Below, in pieces: positions 58,018 to 64,000 of a stretch of DNA of 64,000 bases (positions are counted from its first letter, which is position 1; each line of letters opens with the position of its first letter). A program made the translations under genes and the position numbers. The stretch lies in NCBI GenBank assembly GCA_963763775.1, contig CAVXPZ010000004.1, positions 263,451 through 327,450 of the forward strand. Reading direction: 5' to 3'. The notes beneath the pieces are model-generated. The model worked only from the letters and a program-made list of their open reading frames with translations. It searched no databases and was not told where the DNA came from. The DNA comes from an uncultured Chloroflexia bacterium. GTDB taxonomy: Bacteria; Chloroflexota; Limnocylindria; Limnocylindrales; CSP1-4.

Positions 58018-58422
58018 TCATTCGATCGCGATCCGGACGCCGTCGCCGTCGTCGTCGATCTGGACGATCGGGCCCTTGAAGCCCGACGCGAGGGCCGCGC
58101 GGATGCGGTCGGCCATCGACTCCGTCAGGCCCGGGATGCTGTCGATCGCGGCCCGGCCCAGCGCGAGCGGGACACGCAGGTTCACGACCTGGCGGCCCTC
58201 ATCGCTGATCTCGATCCGGATGGCGCGCGCGGGGGCGTCGTCGGAGGACGCCTTCGACGCCCCCTCGAACGCGCGCTGGTCGGAGTCGGTGTCATAGGGG
58301 GCGGCCGCCTCGGCGGCGGCCGACCGGCCATCGAGGGCATCGAGGATCGGGCCGGCCTCCTCGGCCGTGAGGCGACCCTCGGCCACGAGGCGGAGGACCT
58401 GGTCGAGCGCGTCGTCAGGCAT
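58018..58422 (-). CDS. small acidic protein, third gene of the DUF2089 operon
   Basis: 134 aa from ATG 58422, overlapping the upstream stop by 8 nt. N-terminal helix LDQVLRLVAEGRLTAEEAGPILDAL and C-terminal beta-rich part RIEISDEGRQVVNLRVPLAL. Confidence 0.6.
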   Translation of the reverse strand: MPDDALDQVLRLVAEGRLTAEEAGPILDALDGRSAAAEAAAPYDTDSDQRAFEGASKASSDDAPARAIRIEISDEGRQVVNLRVPLALGRAAIDSIPGLTESMADRIRAALASGFKGPIVQIDDDGDGVRIAIE

Positions 58423-59503
58423 CGGTCGAGTCCTCGGCGGGCGCCGCGATGACGCCATCGGAACCGGGATCTGGATCGGCCGTCGCGGCCGTCGCCTCGG
58501 CCGGGATGTCCGCATCGAGGGAGGCGTCCCCATCGAGTCCGTCCAGCCGACGCGTGGCCTCGTCGATGTCGATCTCGCCACGCTCGAGGGCGCGGAGGAT
58601 GGACAGTCGCGCGGCTTCGGTCGGGTCCGCATCCGCGGCCACGTCATCGCTGACGGAGACCGCGGCCTCGCCACCATCGGCGTCGGCGGACGGTCCGGGG
58701 GCCGATATCAGGGCCTCGGGATCGGCATCGGGGCGAACGACCGGCGACGGTCGGACGAGCCGTACGTCGCCCGACGTGGACCGAACGTTCAAGGTGGGTC
58801 CGCCACGCCCGATCGTCACCGACCGGTGCCCGCGACCGCCGTCGGATCGGCCGTCCACCTCGGAGCGGAGGTCGCCCGTCACCGATCGCAGCTCCACGCG
58901 GACGTCGCCCGCGAGCGCGAGCAGCGCGTCGCCGCTCACGGTCTCGATGGAGAACGGTCCCGGGCCGGCAAGACGGCCGGCGATACGCAGGTCACCGCTG
59001 GTCGTGGACGCCCGGAGCGACGCGATGGTCGCGGCCCGCAAGGCGAGGTCGCCCGAGACGGTCCGGGCCTGCAGGAACGCATCGTCGACGACCGTCGCCT
59101 CGACGTCGCCGGACACCGCCTCGATCGTGAGGCGTCCAGCCACGCCGCGCAGCCGGACGTCGCCGGATGCCGTGCGGTATCGCTGCTCCCCGAGCAACCC
59201 CTCGACGACGATCTTGCCGCTCGCGGACTCGACGACCACGCTGGCCGATGCCGGGACGTCGATCTCGAGGTCGACCGAGCCACGACGGGATCCACCCGTG
59301 AACGGGTCGACGCCCGTACTGACGGCGAGGCTGCCGTCGCCCTTTTCGATCTGGAGCGCCGAGCCGGTCTCGCCGTTGCCGTGGATCCGGACGGTGGTGC
59401 CCTCGACGCCCCGCAGTCGCACGGCGCCATGCCGAGTGCGGACGGAGACGACGCCCCTCGCGCCGATGTCGTGGGCGAGCTCGATGGGGCTGGCCGCGGT
59501 CAT
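58415..59503 (-). CDS. DUF4097 (putative adhesin/beta-helix repeat) protein with C-terminal helix similar to the downstream gene N-terminus
   Basis: Repeated SGD(V/L)(R/E/A) beta-strand units (TASGDVRLRG, AVSGDVEAT, TVSGDLALR, TTSGDLRIA, TVSGDALLA, SVTGDLRSE, STSGDVRLV). The tail contains LSILRALERGEIDIDEATRRLDGL. Confidence 0.8.
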   Translation of the reverse strand: MTAASPIELAHDIGARGVVSVRTRHGAVRLRGVEGTTVRIHGNGETGSALQIEKGDGSLAVSTGVDPFTGGSRRGSVDLEIDVPASASVVVESASGKIVVEGLLGEQRYRTASGDVRLRGVAGRLTIEAVSGDVEATVVDDAFLQARTVSGDLALRAATIASLRASTTSGDLRIAGRLAGPGPFSIETVSGDALLALAGDVRVELRSVTGDLRSEVDGRSDGGRGHRSVTIGRGGPTLNVRSTSGDVRLVRPSPVVRPDADPEALISAPGPSADADGGEAAVSVSDDVAADADPTEAARLSILRALERGEIDIDEATRRLDGLDGDASLDADIPAEATAATADPDPGSDGVIAAPAEDSTDA

Positions 59504-59916
59504 CGTCGGGACCTCCCGAGCGCGCGGATCGCGGTGGCCGCGTCCTCGGCGCTCATCTCGTGACGGGCCAGCATCCCGAGGATCTCCTCGCGAGATTCCG
59601 GCGCGTTCGTGACCACGGTCGGGTCGTCGATCTCATCGGCGTCGGCGCGCGCTCCGAACCCGAGGGCTCGGACCAGGGCCTCGACGCGGGACCGGACCGT
59701 GGGATAGCTGATGCCGAGCTCGCGCTCCATCTCGCGGAGGTTGCCCCGCGATCGCAGGAAGCTCTCGAGCAGCGCCAGCTGCTCGCGGTTCAGGCGGCCG
59801 AACCGGCCGACGCTGAAGTCGCCTTCCAGCGCGGTCCCGCAACTCCGGCAGTGCAGACGTGTGACGGAGAGCTCGCCGGCGCACACCGGACAGGTGGAGA
59901 TGACGTCGTGTGCCAT
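59500..59916 (-). CDS. DUF2089 zinc-ribbon + HTH protein
   Basis: CPVCAGEL...CRSCG followed by SRGNLREMERELGISYPTVRSRVEAL. A 4 nt overlap links it to the DUF4097 gene. Confidence 0.85.
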   Translation of the reverse strand: MAHDVISTCPVCAGELSVTRLHCRSCGTALEGDFSVGRFGRLNREQLALLESFLRSRGNLREMERELGISYPTVRSRVEALVRALGFGARADADEIDDPTVVTNAPESREEILGMLARHEMSAEDAATAIRALGRSRR

Positions 59917-59970
59917 AAGGTCGGTCCTTCGGTTCCTCGTGCGTGTGGCACCTGTTGTAATACACGCCTT

Positions 59971-60000
59971 TCACTTTGTCAATATCCAACATCACTTTGT
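59971..60000. promoter_or_regulatory. direct repeat TCACTTTGT x2 (21 bp apart) overlapping a TTGACA hexamer on the minus strand
   Basis: TCACTTTGT occurs at 59971-59979 and 59992-60000, in the least GC-rich stretch upstream of the DUF2089 gene. The minus-strand TTGACA corresponds to plus-strand 59977-59982. Confidence 0.35.
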
Positions 60001-60193
60001 GGCATGTCGCACCGGTGCAACGGCAACAGCGCCGTTCGCGCATCGTCAACCGTCCATCCCGGGTCGGGAGCGTTTGCCGGGGCGACGAACCGGCCTTCGT
60101 CCGCTGGTCCGGATCGGGCCGTCGGCGAGACTGCTGGACATCGGGGTGACCGGATGCGTCACCCAGGTGCAGGACCGGAAAGGAGACGAACCG

Positions 60194-60313
60194 ATGTCCG
60201 CTCACCAGCAGATCGTCCGGGCAGACCCACTCGGCGCCGTGCCGGCCGCCCTGGTCGTGATCATGGCCATCCTCGCGATGCTCGGCGTCATCGCCCACGC
60301 GGCAGTCCTCTAA
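60194..60313 (+). CDS. possible small hydrophobic peptide (39 aa)
   Basis: AAGGAG lies 8 nt before ATG 60194. Peptide MSAHQQIVRADPLGAVPAALVVIMAILAMLGVIAHAAVL with a TAA stop. The GGGTGAC/GTCACCC hairpin (60144-60164) lies 30 nt upstream. Confidence 0.4.
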   Translation: MSAHQQIVRADPLGAVPAALVVIMAILAMLGVIAHAAVL

Positions 60314-60493
60314 GGGCTCGCCCTCGTCGACGCCGACGCTCCTCAGCTCTTCCCGGCCCCGGCAGGACGTCAGCCCTGACCGGGGCCTCCGTTCGCCCTG
60401 GGCGAGCTCGAGCGACGGCCGCAGCGGGGCGCTCATCGGATCGCCGTCCGCCGTGTCTCTGCTCGAGCGCGGGCGTTCGTCGGATCCCGCGCG

Positions 60494-60886
60494 CAGTCAC
60501 CAGGTGCGTGCAATGCCAGTCAGGCGGTGCGGGATCCCTGAAGCGCGCCTCGAACTCCCGGCGCTCAGTCACCTGGTGACTGGTGGCACGTCGATCGGGC
60601 GTTTGAGACGTCGCTGGCTGCCCGGCGGCGTGGATAGGAGTCACCCCATGACTGCGGCGCCGGCTCGGGTCACATCGTCCGGCGTGCTGGCGCGCGGCGA
60701 GGTGGAACAGCCGAGGCCCGCCGGCCCGGGTCGACCTGAACGGCCTTCTTCCGGTTCAGTCACCAGACGGGGCCTGTGTGCGCGGCTCCGGCGGATCTCG
60801 CGCTGCCGAGTCCTGGGGTGACTACGCAGCAGGCGAATCGACCCGATCTGGCCTTGGGAGCCTCCACAGGGGTCGACTGGTGACTG
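60494..60886. repeat. dispersed CAGTCACC / GGTGACTG motif family in ORF-poor DNA
   Basis: Copies are CAGTCACC at 60494, the perfect palindrome CAGTCACC-T-GGTGACTG at 60566-60582, AGTCACCCCATGACTG at 60639-60654, CAGTCACC at 60757, GGTGACT at 60817 and GGTGACTG at 60879. Confidence 0.55.
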
Positions 60887-60980
60887 CGCGAGAAGGACGA
60901 GACACGGGCAGCGCGGACCGTGGATCCGAGGGCGGCCGCGGATCCGAGGGCGGCGCGCCCGGCCGTCGCGGACCAGGGGC

Positions 60981-61030
60981 TTGACACGCCGCCATTCACC
61001 GCCTACCGTCCGTTCAACAACTATTGAACG
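60981..61030 (+). promoter_or_regulatory. putative promoter plus palindromic operator of the ArsR-like/MFS operon
   Basis: TTGACA (60981-60986), a 17 nt spacer, then TACCGT (61004-61009). This is followed by the palindrome CGTTCAA-caacta-TTGAACG (61011-61030). Confidence 0.45.
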
Positions 61031-61692
61031 ATGGTGACGAAGTGAACGCCGAACACGTGATGAACCCGAGCGAGACCCCGGCCGATCTCGGGCCGGAACC
61101 CATCCCCGAACTCCGCATCACCGACGTCGAGACGATCAAGGCCCTGTCCGACCCGCTCCGGCTCCGGATCCTCGAGATCATGACCGCCGGCCAGGCCGAG
61201 ACCTTCACCGTCAAGCGCCTGGCGGGCATGCTCGGCGTCAACCCGACCAAGCTCTACCACCACATCAACCTGCTCGCCGACCGGGGCCTGATCAACCCGG
61301 CCGGCCAGCGTGTCGTCTCCGGGATCATCGAGACGAGCTATCGAATCGCGCAGCTCAAGATCAACCTCGATCGATCCCTGCTGGCCAACGACAGCCCCGA
61401 ACTGCACGACGTCCTCGTGACCGTCTTCGACGGCGCGCGGGACGACATCGAGCGCGGACTCCGGTCCGGCGCCATCGGCCTGTCCGAGGACGCCGAGCCG
61501 ATCACCAGGCTGCTCCTCTCCAAGGGCATCGCCCGACTCTCCGCCGACCGGGCGGTGGAATTCCGGACCCGGATCATCGAGCTCTTCGAGGAGTTCGACA
61601 CGGACCAGCTCGACGCCGAGGCCAGGCCCTATGGGCTCGTCTTCGGCTTCTATCCGATGCCGGACCTGGCATCGGCGGAGGATGACGAATGA
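61024..61692 (+). CDS. ArsR-family (HTH_20) winged-helix regulator with C-terminal extension (start uncertain)
   Basis: LSDPLRLRILEIM...FTVKRLAGMLGVNPTKLYHHINLLADRGLI. Possible starts are TTG 61024, GTG 61042, GTG 61057 and ATG 61060. Confidence 0.8.
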   Translation: MNDGDEVNAEHVMNPSETPADLGPEPIPELRITDVETIKALSDPLRLRILEIMTAGQAETFTVKRLAGMLGVNPTKLYHHINLLADRGLINPAGQRVVSGIIETSYRIAQLKINLDRSLLANDSPELHDVLVTVFDGARDDIERGLRSGAIGLSEDAEPITRLLLSKGIARLSADRAVEFRTRIIELFEEFDTDQLDAEARPYGLVFGFYPMPDLASAEDDE

Positions 61693-63020
61693 CCGACCAG
61701 CCGGCCGCCGCGGCGATGAACGTGCGCGGCGTGCTCCGACTCCCCGACTTCCGACGCCTGTGGGGCGCCCAGGCGATCTCCGACGTCGGCGACGGCCTGA
61801 CGATGCTGACGCTGATGCTCGTCGTCAACCAGCTGACGCACTCGACCCTGGCGCTCGCGGCCGTCGCGATCGCCCTGGCGATCCCGCCGCTCACGATCGG
61901 CATCGTGGCGGGCTCCTACGTGGACCGCTGGGACCGTCGTCGGATCATGATCGTGGCCGACGCGTCGCGGGCCGTCATCGTGCTCGGCTTCGTGCTCGCC
62001 GCCCGGGCGGAGATGATCCCGCTGGTCATCGTCCTCGGCTTCGTGCAGTCGTCGATCGGCACGTTCTTCAGCCCGGCACGCGGGGCGCTCGTCCCGCGAG
62101 TCGTCCCCGCCGAGGGTCTCCTTGCGGCCAACTCGATCACCCAGGCGACCCGGGTGATCGCCGGTGTCCTCGGCAGCGCGATGGCCGGGATCATCGTCGG
62201 CGTCGCGGGCATGACCTGGCCGGCCTTCGTCATCGATGCCGCCACGTTCGCCATCTCGGCGCTCATCATCCTCCGGGTGACCCCCGCGCTCGGGCGCCCG
62301 ACCGCCAGGGAGCGGCAGGCGGTCGGCAGTGTCGGAGCCTCCGTGATGGAGGGCCTGCGGTTCGTCGCCGGCTCACGTCTCCTCGGCACGACGCTTCTCG
62401 CGCTGACCGTGGTGATGCTCGGCCTCGGCGCCATCAACGTCCTGTTCCTGCCGCTCATCGTCAACGTCCTCCAGGTCAACCCGGCCTGGCTCGGGGCGGT
62501 CGACCTCGCCCAGAGCGCGTCCATGATCCTGTCCGCCGGCCTCGTGGCGGTCCTTGCCGCGCGCATCCGGCCGACGACGCTCGTCACGGTCTCGATCCTC
62601 GGCGTCGCCGTGCTGATCGGGCTCGTCGGCGCCACGACCCATGTCGCGCAGGTCCTTCTGCTCCTCTTCGGGATCGGCTGGTTCGTCACCCCGGTGCAGG
62701 CCGCCGTGGTCACGATCTTCCAGACCGGGGTCCCGGACGAGAAGCGCGGACGCGCGATGGCCACGCTCCAGGCGGCGATGTCCGGCGCGAGCGTCGCCTC
62801 GATGGCGCTCGCCGGGATCTTCGGGGAGCTGGTGGGCGTTCGGACCGTCTTCTTCCTGGGGGCCCTGGTCGTCGCCACCGGTGGCATCGCGGCCGCGTTC
62901 CTCTATCGCGGCCTGCCGAAGGACACGGCCGAGACGGCCCCCGACGGCACGCAGGCCGACGGTGCCGTGGACGAGCGGTCGGACGGCCCGATCGACCTGG
63001 GCGAGGGCGCCACCGCCTGA
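61689..63020 (+). CDS. MFS transporter (12-TMS, EntS/MFS_3-like)
   Basis: ATGA overlap with the regulator stop. FRRLWGAQAISDVGDG...YVDRWDRRRIM. The frame is intact. Confidence 0.9.
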   Translation: MTDQPAAAAMNVRGVLRLPDFRRLWGAQAISDVGDGLTMLTLMLVVNQLTHSTLALAAVAIALAIPPLTIGIVAGSYVDRWDRRRIMIVADASRAVIVLGFVLAARAEMIPLVIVLGFVQSSIGTFFSPARGALVPRVVPAEGLLAANSITQATRVIAGVLGSAMAGIIVGVAGMTWPAFVIDAATFAISALIILRVTPALGRPTARERQAVGSVGASVMEGLRFVAGSRLLGTTLLALTVVMLGLGAINVLFLPLIVNVLQVNPAWLGAVDLAQSASMILSAGLVAVLAARIRPTTLVTVSILGVAVLIGLVGATTHVAQVLLLLFGIGWFVTPVQAAVVTIFQTGVPDEKRGRAMATLQAAMSGASVASMALAGIFGELVGVRTVFFLGALVVATGGIAAAFLYRGLPKDTAETAPDGTQADGAVDERSDGPIDLGEGATA

Positions 63021-63071
63021 CCCGGCGACCGCGCCACGTTCGGGCCCCGAGACGGCCCTCGGAACAAACCA

Positions 63072-63099
63072 GAAGCCCGGCGTCGAGACGCCGGGCTTC
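63072..63099. terminator. bidirectional hairpin between convergent genes
   Basis: GAAGCCCGGCGTC-ga-GACGCCGGGCTTC, with perfect 13 nt arms. Confidence 0.6.
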
Positions 63100-63126
63100 G
63101 TCGTGGGCCGATGCGTGCGGCCGAGG

Positions 63127-63972
63127 TCAGCTGCCGGCGCGCACCTGGCTGGCGGTCACGGTCAGCTTGCCGATCACGGAGTGGTAGTACCGACTCGCCG
63201 CGTACGGGTCCATCCAGGCCGTCGTCCCGGGCGTCCGGCTCGACGCGAACTTGAAGTCGCGGGTCCCGGTCCAGGCGGGATCGACCCGGAAGATCTCGCC
63301 GATCGTCTTGTTCGACAGGATGAGCGACTTGATGATCGTCGAGATGCTGTCGATGCCGTTGGCGAAGACGGCGCTCGCCCCGGCGCGGAGGAAGCCGGCG
63401 CCGTAGTTGTCGACGCGCTTCTTCGCGGTGGTCTTCGTCGGATTGGCCCGGCCCCACTCCGAGTCACCCGAGGCGTAGCAGAGGCGGTTCAGGATGAAGA
63501 CCGCGTTCTTCTGCACCTTGAGCGTCTTGACGTAGTCCTCGCCGTAGTACTTGGTGTTGTTGTTCCCCTTCGCGGCAAGCGCGTTCAGACCGAACCCGTC
63601 CTTTCGGTCCGAGTAGAAGGCGCCGTACGGGCTGGGATGGCCGTTGCCGTGCCCGAGGTAGATCACGATGTTCGCCCCGACCGCCGCGGCCTTGACCTTG
63701 GCCCACGTCGCGTTGGGGGTGTAGACCTCTTTGACGGTGGCCCCGTAGGAGCGGGCCTGCGCGGCGTAGCGCTTGGCGTTCGAGAGGTAGTTCGCGGTGC
63801 TGGAGCCGACCGGGCCGACGATCACGACCACCTTGACCGAGGCGGCGGAGGCTGGGGTCGGGTCCACCGCGAGGCCGCCGAAGGCGACGACCGCGGCGAG
63901 GATGGGCAGGACCGACAGGCGGAGCCATCGGCTGGAAGACGCCCGCTGGGCGCCGTTGTCGTGGACCTGCAA
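63127..63972 (-). CDS. secreted hypothetical protein, possibly clan-CD-like (His-Gly ... Cys) fold
   Basis: Signal peptide (LRLSVLPILAAVVAFGG...ASA). A beta-strand followed by HG (NIVIYLGHGNG) and a beta-strand followed by C (VFILNRLCYASG). The family assignment is an inference. Confidence 0.7.
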   Translation of the reverse strand: MQVHDNGAQRASSSRWLRLSVLPILAAVVAFGGLAVDPTPASAASVKVVVIVGPVGSSTANYLSNAKRYAAQARSYGATVKEVYTPNATWAKVKAAAVGANIVIYLGHGNGHPSPYGAFYSDRKDGFGLNALAAKGNNNTKYYGEDYVKTLKVQKNAVFILNRLCYASGDSEWGRANPTKTTAKKRVDNYGAGFLRAGASAVFANGIDSISTIIKSLILSNKTIGEIFRVDPAWTGTRDFKFASSRTPGTTAWMDPYAASRYYHSVIGKLTVTASQVRAGS

Positions 63973-64000
63973 CGCTCTTGCCTCCTCCCTGCCGGAACAC

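Noticed and set aside
60494-60886. Possible degenerate CRISPR array, suggested by repeat spacing of 60-73 bp
   Set aside because: Only an 8-10 nt core is shared, with at most about 25 nt between two copies. Orientation flips between copies, one interval is 118 bp, and no cas genes are present. This does not fit a CRISPR array of near-identical 28-37 nt repeats.
1-64000. Mobile elements, prophage, integrase, tRNA, rRNA or tmRNA
   Set aside because: No transposase, integrase or phage-like proteins appear in any frame. No T-loop-like (GGTTCGA.TCC) contexts outside coding sequence were seen, and there are no rRNA-like stretches. I therefore called no mobile element or stable RNA.

Overview
This is a very GC-rich, actinobacterium-like chromosomal segment. 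Supporting markers are F420-type LLM and DUF385 enzymes, a PAC2 protein, WYL and LAL regulators, a long-form class II RNR and a DesA-type desaturase. I can support about 65 protein genes and saw no rRNA, tRNA, transposase, integrase or CRISPR array. The long ORFs antisense to recognisable genes are GC-driven shadow ORFs and were rejected.

Gene content, left to right:
- HAD hydrolase, YacP-like protein and ccsA
- SIS protein and cold-shock protein
- translationally coupled GT4 / alpha-alpha-toroid-like / GH130 operon, followed by a LAL regulator
- nrdJ with a long structured leader
- five VOC/glyoxalase genes around a 2.65 kb FG-GAP protein
- AraC-LysE pair, amidohydrolase and LLM oxidoreductase
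- HK-RR-ABC-ATPase-ABC-2 permease module
- FAD oxidase, APH-like kinase and META lipoprotein
- Ig-repeat protein plus two zinc-ribbon-TM-SNase paralogs
- methyltransferase, PAC2 and WYL regulator
- TetR/MFS pair, YpfJ peptidase and acyl-ACP desaturase
- HipA-like kinase with DUF3037
- DUF2089-DUF4097 operon
- ArsR-like regulator with MFS

Main observations:
1. Many conserved genes are broken by single-base frame changes, several of them at G or C runs. At least 20 fall in the HK-RR-ABC module (28.4-32.2 kb), while several long genes are intact. Local consensus error is more likely than decay, but reads are needed to decide.
2. A phased array of DnaA-box-like octamers and NrdR-like boxes lies upstream of nrdJ.
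3. Candidate uncharacterised modules are GT4/alpha-alpha/GH130, the zinc-ribbon-SNase paralog pair, HipA-like kinase with DUF3037, and DUF2089-DUF4097-acidic protein.
4. A 1.1 kb ORF-poor region (59.9-61.0 kb) carries many GTCACC/GGTGAC palindromes.
5. An ORF-poor patch (47.95-48.77 kb) contains a perfect 11 bp inverted repeat.

All coordinates and counts come from hand translation and indexing. No database search was run.
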